This document shows positions 1-8,861 of a DNA stretch of 64,000 bases, piece by piece. Each line of letters starts with the position of its first letter. Positions within the stretch are counted from its first letter, which is position 1. The notes below the pieces were generated by a model. The model searched no databases and was not told the origin of the DNA. It was given only the letters and a program-made list of their open reading frames with translations. The position numbers and the translations under genes were made by a program. Source of the stretch: Parvularculaceae bacterium (GTDB lineage: Bacteria; Pseudomonadota; Alphaproteobacteria; Caulobacterales; Parvularculaceae). Location of the stretch: assembly GCA_021776465.1 (NCBI GenBank), contig JAJFFU010000147.1, positions 5,465-69,464 of the forward strand. Reading direction: 5' to 3'.

Positions 1-917
1 CGCTTTACAGACTGTTTCGTATTATCAAGCCATTTCAAACCGCCAGCATCAATCTCTATATAGTTGCCATGCTCATCTTTTTGCAGAAACTCGTCGGGAT
101 GATTGAAGTGGACCATAATGCGAAGATTGGTTTCCGGGTACATCTCATGAAAGCCATCAAGCATATTGAGAAACGTTTCATCAAAACGATCAGGAAAAAA
201 TGCAAGCTCCTTTGTTCCGATACGAATCGATTCAATACCGGCTTCCGCAAGCGCGGAAAGCCAAGCTGCTATTTGCTTGTTGCCGAGCACCATGGGATCG
301 CCGCCGGACATAAGGACTTCGCGTAGCTTTTCCCGGCCAGTTTTCGGATGGCGTCCGCCATTCGCAGCCACGGCGTTGTTGTGGTCGTGGATATAATTCA
401 CAACTTCGCCAATTTGCGCCAGACTTTTCGGGGCAACAGTTCCGTCCTCGCGGGTAATGTCCTTTTTCGCGATCAATTCTTCTCGATAACAAAAGCGACA
501 ATGCGCTGAACAAGTCGACGCTACATAGAGCAGTGCTAACTCATATTTGTGGATCATGCCTTCGATTGGGCTATAGCTTAATTGCTTGCCCGGGTCTTCA
601 GCGCCATCGAGATCATATGTTTCTTTCGGGCTAGCCTTGACCAGTGTCTGCAAAGACTTGCTACGTTTTGCCTGTTCAAAGTAATGGCGCGTAATTTTGA
701 TAGGCATCCGCGCCTGAATATCGCGATCCGTCCCATCCAGAGCAGTAATCGCGGCAAGTTCCTCCTTGGAGTAGAACTCTTTCATGTCCTCCGGCGAGGC
801 GCCATCAATAAATTTTTTAATGCCGGAAATTATCTCACGATTATATTTTCCGTTTACAACGCTATCAAGAAACGATTGTTCCCGATCTGAGGGAGCATAT
901 TTTTCTGACTGCGCCAT
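1..917 (-). CDS. KamA-family (lysine 2,3-aminomutase-like) radical SAM protein, 3' end outside the window
   Basis: Not in the ORF track. Manual translation from ATG 917 (GGAGG RBS upstream) is open to the window edge: MAQSEKYAP...HKYELALLYVASTCSAHCRFCYRE...EVLMSGGDP...IRIGT...HFNHPDE. It carries the CxxxCxxC motif plus the KamA motifs HKY, SGGDP, RIGT and HFNHP. Confidence 0.9.
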   Translation of the reverse strand, partial: MAQSEKYAPSDREQSFLDSVVNGKYNREIISGIKKFIDGASPEDMKEFYSKEELAAITALDGTDRDIQARMPIKITRHYFEQAKRSKSLQTLVKASPKETYDLDGAEDPGKQLSYSPIEGMIHKYELALLYVASTCSAHCRFCYREELIAKKDITREDGTVAPKSLAQIGEVVNYIHDHNNAVAANGGRHPKTGREKLREVLMSGGDPMVLGNKQIAAWLSALAEAGIESIRIGTKELAFFPDRFDETFLNMLDGFHEMYPETNLRIMVHFNHPDEFLQKDEHGNYIEIDAGGLKWLDNTKQSVK

Positions 918-1509
918 TCTTTCCTCCCAAATTATTCAATACGAATCGTAAATTTCTTTGAGGAGGCCGTGTTCGCCAGAAAGATAAAACATCGTATCAA
1001 GCAAACAGTAAGGTATTCCGAATACGGACTACAAACGTTCAGTTTTCATGAAGTCATGAGTGTTTGTAATGTAAGAGCAAATCCGTTTGGATTCACATGC
1101 GGGATTTTGTTGCTCAGTATCCGCCAGTCAATTCACCTCAACATATCGACGGCCAGGCAATATTTTGTTTGCGCAGGCGTGTGCGTACTTTTCAAAATTA
1201 AATTGAATGCCAAAATGAGAAGAGACGAATACAACGGACTTGCGGATTTGATGAGGCATTTGGGCTAGTCAATATACATCCCCGCCCGCCGCCATCCATG
1301 AGCAATTGTCATCCATACAGTGAATAGTATTGATATTGCCGATTTGACCTAAAGGCTATTCCTCACCCGGGGAGGCGTCGCTTCCCGTTGAACGGTAATA
1401 TTGTCCGCCGGTTTTATACATCGAAACCGAGATTCATGACCTCGCGCATTATCAATGCAACAGGCCTCGCCGGAAACAGGTTAGCAATTTTCGCTATAGG
1501 AATTCATTC

Positions 1510-3030
1510 ATGGTGCTTATCCACAGGATAACGGATATTCTTGAAAGTCTGGGCGTTGATCCTTCCACAATGACAAATGGCGACCTGGATGTCTTCAGCC
1601 CGGTCACCGGTGAAATACTTGCATCGGTTGCAACCGACACACCGGCCGCTGTAACCGAAAAAATATCAGCAGCGCAATTGGCGTTTAGAGAATGGCGGTC
1701 CGTGCCTGCGCCACGACGCGGCGAACTTGTCCGGTTGCTCGGAGAGAAATTACGCGCGCACAAAGATGCGTTAGGCGCTCTGGTTACGATCGAGTGTGGC
1801 AAAATTCTCACCGAAGGACTCGGCGAAGTTCAAGAGATGATTGATATTTGCGATTTCGCCGTAGGGCTGTCTCGCCAACTTTACGGCCTGACGATCGCGT
1901 CGGAACGTCCAGGACATCGCATGTCAGAATATTGGTTGCCGATCGGACCAGTGGGCGTAATCTCGGCATTCAATTTTCCCGTTGCTGTGTGGTCTTGGAA
2001 CGCTGCCGTCGCTTTGGTTTGCGGCAACACTGTTATTTGGAAACCATCGGAAAAAACGCCACTGACAGCGATTGCTTGTCAGCAATTATTCCTGTCGGCC
2101 GCTGCCGAATTCGGCGATGCGCCTAAAAACCTGTCTACGCTGATTATCGGCGACGGGTCGATTGGCGCTAAACTCGTTTCTAATCGTGGCGTGCCGTTAA
2201 TCAGTGCAACCGGCTCGACCGAAATGGGACGGAAAGTCGGTCCGGTCGTGGCGGAACGATTTGGACGAAGCATATTAGAACTTGGCGGCAATAACGGATT
2301 TATCGTATGCCCGTCCGCAAATCTCGATATGGCGCTAACCGCTACGGTATTTGGCGCAGTCGGAACGGCGGGTCAGCGATGCACGTCAACGCGACGCCTG
2401 TTCGTTCATGATAGTATCTACCGCGAATTTCTATCGCGCCTCAAAAAAGCCTATGCATCGATCTCCATTGGAGATCCGATGAATTCAGAAAATCTTGTCG
2501 GTCCGCTCATTGATTCAGACGCGTTCAACGCCATGCAAACCGCGTTGCGGAACGCTTCCCAGGCTGGCGGCAAAGTCCATGGCGGCGAGCGGGTTCACGA
2601 AAGTAAGTTTCCAGACGCATATTATGTACGACCAGCACTCGTAGAAATGGGAAGCCAGAAACAATCTGTGCAGACTGAAACGTTTGCGCCAGTTCTTTAT
2701 GTCTATTCTTACAGTGATTTTGCCGATGTTTTAAGCCTGCATAATGATGTTCCCCAGGGATTGTCGTCTGCAATATTCACGAACAATCTATCGGAAGCGG
2801 AGAATTTTATTTCACCTCTCGGAAGCGATTGTGGGATCGCCAATATTAATATCGGCACAAGCGGCGCAGAAATTGGCGGCGCCTTTGGCGGTGAAAAGGA
2901 TACCGGCGGCGGGCGCGAATCCGGATCGGACGCGTGGAAGGGTTATATGCGCCGATTGACGTCAACGACGAATTATTCAACCGAGCTGCCACTGGCTCAG
3001 GGTGTCCGATTTACACTTTCGGAAGATTGA
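1510..3030 (+). CDS. ALDH7-type aldehyde dehydrogenase (alpha-aminoadipate semialdehyde / piperideine-6-carboxylate dehydrogenase, AmaB/Pcd-like)
   Basis: WRSVPAPRRGE, GLSRQLYGLTIASERPGH, ISAFNFPVAVW, LELGGNN, GTAGQRCT, GAEIGGAFGGEK and GGGRESGSDAWK are diagnostic of the ALDH7/antiquitin clade. Confidence 0.92.
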   Translation: MVLIHRITDILESLGVDPSTMTNGDLDVFSPVTGEILASVATDTPAAVTEKISAAQLAFREWRSVPAPRRGELVRLLGEKLRAHKDALGALVTIECGKILTEGLGEVQEMIDICDFAVGLSRQLYGLTIASERPGHRMSEYWLPIGPVGVISAFNFPVAVWSWNAAVALVCGNTVIWKPSEKTPLTAIACQQLFLSAAAEFGDAPKNLSTLIIGDGSIGAKLVSNRGVPLISATGSTEMGRKVGPVVAERFGRSILELGGNNGFIVCPSANLDMALTATVFGAVGTAGQRCTSTRRLFVHDSIYREFLSRLKKAYASISIGDPMNSENLVGPLIDSDAFNAMQTALRNASQAGGKVHGGERVHESKFPDAYYVRPALVEMGSQKQSVQTETFAPVLYVYSYSDFADVLSLHNDVPQGLSSAIFTNNLSEAENFISPLGSDCGIANINIGTSGAEIGGAFGGEKDTGGGRESGSDAWKGYMRRLTSTTNYSTELPLAQGVRFTLSED

Positions 3031-3080
3031 AACACAAGCGCACTATCGAAAGCCTGTTCCTTGTACTCGTACTGTATTCA

Positions 3081-3119
3081 CCCGATGAATGATTCATTGT
3101 AGCCAATCTCCGACGGCCT
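3081..3119 (-). mobile_element. Very degenerate IS3-family transposase relic
   Basis: Minus strand reads RPSEIGYNESFIG, four single-base changes from the IS407-group motif SPWENGYNESFNG; a stop codon follows directly. Confidence 0.45.
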
Positions 3120-3540
3120 CGCGGAACGCTTGGCGGCGACGAGTGCGATTCTCTTGTTGAGACTTATAACGGTAAACCCGCCGCCATTTTCAATTCTGAA
3201 ATGATTAAATACGCCATGGCGCAGAGCGAAACCCACTGGCGGCGGGAGGCTGTCAGCAAGTTGGTCTGGCGTTCAGGCGTTCACATATTGCGCCATTGAG
3301 AGCCGGAACGTCGACTTCACCATACGCACAATCGGTCACAAATAGCCCCATTCATACAGGCGTCAGGCGACCGCACCGCAATCCGCAGGCCCATTGGGCG
3401 TAAAATCGATTAATTTTCCTGTTTACTTTATTTTTTAGTATAGTAGATTTTTAACCCACACGGTGGGCTCGCCCATCAAAATATGGTTCAGGTTGGGAAG
3501 GAAGCAAATGTCGGCTCGCTTATTTCAGCGTCCCGCCGGA

Positions 3541-4767
3541 TCAAAACAGCTCGTTTCGAACCAGACTACCGTCCTTCACCACAAGGAGGAGTTTTCTTTG
3601 ATCCGCAATGACAGAAATATCTGTAAGCGGATTACCTTCGAGCACCAAAAAGTCAGCATACGCCCCCGGGGCTATGACCCCGAGATTGCCATCCTCACAA
3701 AGCAGCGATGCATTCACGGACGTGGCGGATCGCAAGATATCAAGCGGCTTCATCACCTCGCCGCGAAGAATGAATTCAAAAGATTGTCGCGCCATCAGAT
3801 CGCCAAGGAGGTCTGTGCCAAAACCTATCTTGGCTTTCGCGCTTGCGAGCATTTCGAGAGACAGTCGAGCAGATTCGCCAACTTCTTTCGCTTTCGAAAT
3901 CGCAATATCAGACAGGCCAAGCGCCTCACCATACTCAACCAACAATTGCACCGTCGCCAAGGTTGGCACGACATAGGCATCCGACGCCGACACGGTTTTT
4001 GCCGCTTCGTCGGTCAAAATAGTCGCGTGTTCAATCGATCGCACGCCGTTACGGACACATCGCAACACGGCTTCGGCCGTGTGCGCATGCGCCATCACAT
4101 ATGTTCTGCGTGTTTCAGCTTCTTCAACCGCTGCAACAATTTCATCATCAGTCATCTGGTTCATCCAAACAGGATCGCTGGGCGATATTATCCCGCCGGA
4201 GACGAATATCTTTATCTGCGTCGCCCCTCGCCTCAACTCCTCGCGGACAGCGCGACGCACCTCATCCGGCCCGTCCGCCACTACCGCAAAGACGCCGCAA
4301 TACTGACAAGGACAGAGCGGATCGTGATCGGGCGCACGCATATCACCATGCCCGCCCGTTTGACTGATGGCGCGACCCGAGAAATAAAACCTTGGGCCGT
4401 TGAACAATCCCTGATCAATCGCGAGCCTGAGCCCGACATCTCCGCCAGCGGCGTCTCGTACGGTCGTAAATCCATTCTGCAAGGCCTGTTGCAGGTTTTT
4501 TATCGCATGGGCGGAGCGAAGGGCCTGCGGCATCGTATCGACGGCGTTAATGTTGGCTTTCGCCGCATATGCATGAAAGTGTGCGTCGATCAATCCGGGC
4601 ATGACGAATTTTCCACGAACATCGAATGCATGGGCGTGAGGAATAGTCGTATTACCAGACGCAACTTCACGAATAACGCCGTCCTCAACAACGATATAAT
4701 GGTTGTCCAACAATGCAGCACTAATCCCATCAAAGATCGTGCAATTTTCAAAAACTGTGATTGTCAT
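3541..4767 (-). CDS. Metal-dependent amidohydrolase (prolidase/ochratoxinase-like Amidohydro_1 subgroup)
   Basis: MPGLIDAHFH, GFTTVRDAAG, GGHGD, carboxylatable Lys in QIKIF, AHAH, SIEH, FGTD. ATG 4767 is preferred over GTG 4785. Confidence 0.9.
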   Translation of the reverse strand: MTITVFENCTIFDGISAALLDNHYIVVEDGVIREVASGNTTIPHAHAFDVRGKFVMPGLIDAHFHAYAAKANINAVDTMPQALRSAHAIKNLQQALQNGFTTVRDAAGGDVGLRLAIDQGLFNGPRFYFSGRAISQTGGHGDMRAPDHDPLCPCQYCGVFAVVADGPDEVRRAVREELRRGATQIKIFVSGGIISPSDPVWMNQMTDDEIVAAVEEAETRRTYVMAHAHTAEAVLRCVRNGVRSIEHATILTDEAAKTVSASDAYVVPTLATVQLLVEYGEALGLSDIAISKAKEVGESARLSLEMLASAKAKIGFGTDLLGDLMARQSFEFILRGEVMKPLDILRSATSVNASLLCEDGNLGVIAPGAYADFLVLEGNPLTDISVIADQRKLLLVVKDGSLVRNELF

Positions 4768-4912
4768 TTGCCAAGCCTGTCGCACTGCTTCCGCGCGCGC
4801 TATGCAACCCTACCTGTTGTGCAATGTCAATATTTTTATTCTGTACACGGCTTTTTTAAAAAGCCGCTGTCGAATATAACATTATCGACCAATTTCGGAG
4901 TCAAAGAAATTC

Positions 4913-6091
4913 ATGACAATCAATAATTCCTATGATGTCGTGATTGTTGGCGGTGGCGTAATAGGAAGCGCCGCCGCTTATTTTCTTGCTAGCGCCCCCC
5001 TATTTGACGGTTCCATCGCGGTCATTGAGAAAGACTTCACTTATTCAAAATCCGCAACAGCATTGTCTGCAAGCTCAATTCGTCAGCAGTTTTCAACTAA
5101 AGAAAACATCGAGATGTCGAAGTACGGCTTTGATTTTTTTCAGAATGTAGGGAACATCCTCGCAATCGGCGACGCGCAACCCACTATAGATTTTGTTGCG
5201 CGCAGTTACCTATACCTCGCAACGAAAAATGGAACCGATACGCTGACCCATAACATCAACATTCAACAACGGTGCGGCGTCGATGTTACAAGCCTTACGC
5301 GATCCGATTTAGCGGCGCGGCATAAGTGGCTTAATGTTGAAGATGTGACACTCGCCGCTGTCACAAATTCCGGCGAAGGATGGTTCGACGCTTACAGCCT
5401 GTTGCAGGCGTTCCGTGCAAAAGCCAAAAATCTGGGCGTCAATTACATAAATGAATGCGTCGAGAGCCTGATACAGACAAACGACAGCAATATTAATGGC
5501 GTCAAAACCACGAAAGGCACAACCATCTCGGCTGGCTGGGTGCTCAACTGCGCCGGCGCCGCCGCCTATCGATTTGGCCCATGCGACCTGCCCGTCAGGC
5601 CCCGAAAACGCTGTGTTTTCGTTTTCGACTGCCGTGAAACAATCGAAGATTGCCCACTGATTGTCGACCCCGCCGGATTCTATGTCCGACCGGAAGGAAG
5701 CGTCTTTATTTGCGGAATGGCGCCGCCAAATGACAATGATGTCGATGAATCAGACTTCGACGTCGATTATACATTGTTTGAAGATCACCTTTGGCCAATG
5801 CTTGCCGCGCGCGTACCTGCTTTCGAGGCAATCAAACTCGTAAACGCTTGGGCCGGGCACTATGACTACAATACGTTCGATCAGAATGCGATTTTAGGAT
5901 TTTCGCACGACAAGAGCAGGCATATCATTGCAAATGGCTTTAGCGGACACGGCCTGCAACATGCGCCCGCCATTGGACGTGCGCTTGCGGAACTGGTTGT
6001 GCATGGTCGTTATGTAACACTTGACCTTTCCAGCCTCTGCGTCGAACGCATTGCCGCCAACAAGCCGGTGCTTGAAAAGTGTGTGATCTGA
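4913..6091 (+). CDS. FAD-dependent oxidoreductase, DAO / sarcosine-oxidase-beta family (FOXRED1-like)
   Basis: GGGVIG Rossmann motif, SIRQQFS, EGWFD, WAGHYDYN, NGFSGHGLQH. Confidence 0.88.
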   Translation: MTINNSYDVVIVGGGVIGSAAAYFLASAPLFDGSIAVIEKDFTYSKSATALSASSIRQQFSTKENIEMSKYGFDFFQNVGNILAIGDAQPTIDFVARSYLYLATKNGTDTLTHNINIQQRCGVDVTSLTRSDLAARHKWLNVEDVTLAAVTNSGEGWFDAYSLLQAFRAKAKNLGVNYINECVESLIQTNDSNINGVKTTKGTTISAGWVLNCAGAAAYRFGPCDLPVRPRKRCVFVFDCRETIEDCPLIVDPAGFYVRPEGSVFICGMAPPNDNDVDESDFDVDYTLFEDHLWPMLAARVPAFEAIKLVNAWAGHYDYNTFDQNAILGFSHDKSRHIIANGFSGHGLQHAPAIGRALAELVVHGRYVTLDLSSLCVERIAANKPVLEKCVI

Positions 6092-6106
6092 AAAGGATGA
6101 GCCCTC

Positions 6107-7087
6107 ATGGAATTTTTGGTGATTAATGGCGACGAAGTACGGCGCCTTTTTTCCATGCCCGAGTGGATCACTTCCATGCGCGAAGCAATGATCGATGCTA
6201 GCGCCGGCAACGTGAATATCCCGCCCAGAATGGTCACGGCATTTCAAGAACCCGAAAGCTCGCTGGTGTTAATGCCAGGCAATGCGCCTGGCGCCAGAAC
6301 CCGTGGTGTGAAGCTCCTAACTCTTGGACACGAAAACCCGCAAAAAGGGCTTCCCGCCGTTCAAGGTTTTATAGCTCTGTTTGGCTATGACACGGGAGAA
6401 CCCGTTGCGTTGATTGAGGGGTCTTCCATCACAGCGATGCGCACTGCAGCAGCCTCCGGGCTGGCGACGGATATCTTAAGCCGTGCGGATGCGCGCCGTT
6501 GCGGCATATTGGGAGCGGGCGTGCAAGCCAGGAGCCATATTGCTGCTATGGCAAGCGTAAGGCCGATAGAAGAATTTGTGATCTGGGCGCGGGATGCAAC
6601 AAAAGCGACCGTGCTCGCCGACAGTGTGCGCACAGAATATGACGCTCGCTTCAGCGTAGTAGAAGATCCGGTTGAGGCTGGAGAATGCGATATTGTCTGC
6701 ACTGTAACCAGCTCGCCTACGCCGGTTCTCCACAGCGCATGGGTCAAACCTGGCGCGCATATCAACCTTGTCGGCGCTTATCAGCCCGATACGCGCGAAG
6801 CCGATACGGCGTTAATGGCGCGCGCAAGCATTTTCGTCGACCTGATGCAATCTGCACGAGACGAAGCGGGTGATATTCTAATCGCTATTCAAGACGGAGC
6901 AATTACGTGGAACGACGTCAACGGTGAGATCGGCGACATCCTTTCAGAGAACATTCCCGGTCGCACACTTCCTGACGAGATTACGATATACAAATCCATC
7001 GGAAACATCGCGCAAGATCTTTTTGCAGCTAAACATTTATATGAAAAAGCTTTGACCAATGGCGGCGGAATCAAACTTGATTTCTAA
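6107..7087 (+). CDS. Ornithine cyclodeaminase / mu-crystallin family protein (imine reductase or cyclodeaminase)
   Basis: ITAMRTAAAS, GAGVQA, PGAHINLVG, ITIYKSIG..QDL; 15 bp after the oxidoreductase, so probably one operon. Confidence 0.92.
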   Translation: MEFLVINGDEVRRLFSMPEWITSMREAMIDASAGNVNIPPRMVTAFQEPESSLVLMPGNAPGARTRGVKLLTLGHENPQKGLPAVQGFIALFGYDTGEPVALIEGSSITAMRTAAASGLATDILSRADARRCGILGAGVQARSHIAAMASVRPIEEFVIWARDATKATVLADSVRTEYDARFSVVEDPVEAGECDIVCTVTSSPTPVLHSAWVKPGAHINLVGAYQPDTREADTALMARASIFVDLMQSARDEAGDILIAIQDGAITWNDVNGEIGDILSENIPGRTLPDEITIYKSIGNIAQDLFAAKHLYEKALTNGGGIKLDF

Positions 7088-7133
7088 CGCCGTTTTGATG
7101 GGGGCTACCGTCCAGCCATAGCCGGAACGGTTT

Positions 7134-8861
7134 TCACGCGGTTTTCTTCGTTTTCCGCAATTGATCTGTTGCAGCGACATCGATTGCCATTGCAACGGGA
7201 TCAATCACCACTCCATAGTCATTGCGCGCGCACTCTGCCGATACGAAGTCGTTCACAACATCATCCAGGACACGTTCAGGGGAACGTTCAAATGGATCGC
7301 CCCAACCGCCGCCGCCGCCGGAGTGGTTCACCAGAACATCTCCATATTTCAGGCTCTCATATGTCATACCGGTAATTTTTTCATCACCATTATTCATTTT
7401 TATACGCACAAACCCGTTCGCACCGTCGGCGCCGCCAACCATTCCCCATGGTTTGGTCTTTGTTTTTTTGACAAGCGTTAGCGCAGTTGAATCCGCCAAA
7501 AACCGATAAGCGCGCGCGACGCCGAGACCACCGCGATTAAGACCGGGACCGCCTGAGTCTTGTCGCAGGTGATAGCTCTCGATCAGCCAAGGCGCCTTAC
7601 TCTCCAGGATTTCGACCGGATTATTGCGGCTGCCCGGCTGCGACATATGCATGATTCCGTTTTCACCATCACGCCCCGAATGAGCGCCGAATCCAACGCC
7701 TTCATTGGTCGCCTCAAGCCATGCATTGCCGGTATCCGGATGGACGCCGAGCCCCATGACGGAAAAGACGTCGCCGCCCGAACAGGCCGGTATAATATCC
7801 TGCATGCCTTTGGCGAGGGCCTTTGTGATTACTTCCGGGCCCAGAAGGCATATCCAAAGCGCAAAAGTCGGCGCCGGAGGTTGAGCGTTCATAACGCAAC
7901 CCGGAGGCGCGATCACACGTAACGGCCTGAAGTCGCCCTCATTGGCTGGCGTGTCTGGAGTCGTCACGCCTTTAAAAACAAGACCACTAATCCCGATTGT
8001 CAGCCCTATCGGCAAATTGAGCGGGCCATCCACCGCGGCGTCGGAGCCCGTCCAATCGATGATCATTTCATCATCAGTCACGGTCACCGTTACTTTGAGC
8101 TTGACTAATGTTTCCTTGTTGATGCCGTCGTCGTCTACAAAATCCTCTGCAGACCATGTACCCTTTGGTAACTTCGCCAAACGGGCGCGAGCGAGCCGTT
8201 CGCCATGATCGAAAATTTCCTCGATCGCGGCCTCGAACATATCCACACCGAATTTTGCAGCCAGTTCGATAACGCGCGCCTCGCCGGTGCGACAGGATGA
8301 AATTTGCGCGCGCAGATCACCTATTACCCTGTCTGGCATACGGCTATTATACCGGATAATTTTTTCCAGCTCGTCGTTCCAAACACCCTGTTTGATGATC
8401 TTCACGCAGGGCATTACCAGGCCCTCCTGATAGATCGATGTTGAATCAAGCACGTAACCGGCGTCTTTTTGGCCGAGGTCCAGCCAGTGAACCTTACAGG
8501 CCGTAAAACCTAAAAGCGCGTCCTGATAAAAAATTGGAGAAACCGCCAATACGTCAAGAACATGCGCCGAACTCCAATATGGATAGTTCAACAGAATGAG
8601 GTCGCCTGGATGGATGTTTTCCAAACCAAGATCTTCAATCATCATTTTCAAGGCGTAATCATTTCCGCGCGTAAAAACAGCCTGCCCCGGCGCTTCGGCG
8701 AGCATGCGGCAATGGCGATCATAGATGCCCAGACCAAAATCATGCAGCTCGTAAATGATGGTGCTATAGGACGTGCGGATGAGGTTTCGATTCATCTCCC
8801 GCGCCGCCGAAATAAGATAGCTGCGGACAACTTCTACGCTGATTTGATCGAGTTCGGTCAT
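7134..8861 (-). CDS. Hydantoinase B / oxoprolinase family subunit
   Basis: EMNRNLIRTSYSTII, N.PY...HVLD, HWLDLG, SIYQEGL, DSGGPG..RGG, GGGGWGDP. Confidence 0.92.
   Translation of the reverse strand: MTELDQISVEVVRSYLISAAREMNRNLIRTSYSTIIYELHDFGLGIYDRHCRMLAEAPGQAVFTRGNDYALKMMIEDLGLENIHPGDLILLNYPYWSSAHVLDVLAVSPIFYQDALLGFTACKVHWLDLGQKDAGYVLDSTSIYQEGLVMPCVKIIKQGVWNDELEKIIRYNSRMPDRVIGDLRAQISSCRTGEARVIELAAKFGVDMFEAAIEEIFDHGERLARARLAKLPKGTWSAEDFVDDDGINKETLVKLKVTVTVTDDEMIIDWTGSDAAVDGPLNLPIGLTIGISGLVFKGVTTPDTPANEGDFRPLRVIAPPGCVMNAQPPAPTFALWICLLGPEVITKALAKGMQDIIPACSGGDVFSVMGLGVHPDTGNAWLEATNEGVGFGAHSGRDGENGIMHMSQPGSRNNPVEILESKAPWLIESYHLRQDSGGPGLNRGGLGVARAYRFLADSTALTLVKKTKTKPWGMVGGADGANGFVRIKMNNGDEKITGMTYESLKYGDVLVNHSGGGGGWGDPFERSPERVLDDVVNDFVSAECARNDYGVVIDPVAMAIDVAATDQLRKTKKTA

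Noticed and set aside
56-890. Several short ORFs in the track (56-250, 69-326, 166-396, 232-513, 582-890)
   Set aside because: All overlap the real minus-strand KamA-like frame.
935-992. 18-aa minus-strand ORF (MFYLSGEHGLLKEIYDSY) just upstream of the radical SAM gene, considered as a leader or RiPP precursor
   Set aside because: No RBS, and KamA-family enzymes act on free amino acids, so nothing supports it.
969-1268. 99-aa ORF in the long divergent intergenic region
   Set aside because: AT-rich, with no motifs; more likely regulatory DNA. No riboswitch recognised.
3463-4926. 487-aa plus-strand ORF
   Set aside because: Antisense shadow of the well-supported amidohydrolase; Arg/His-rich with no recognisable motifs.
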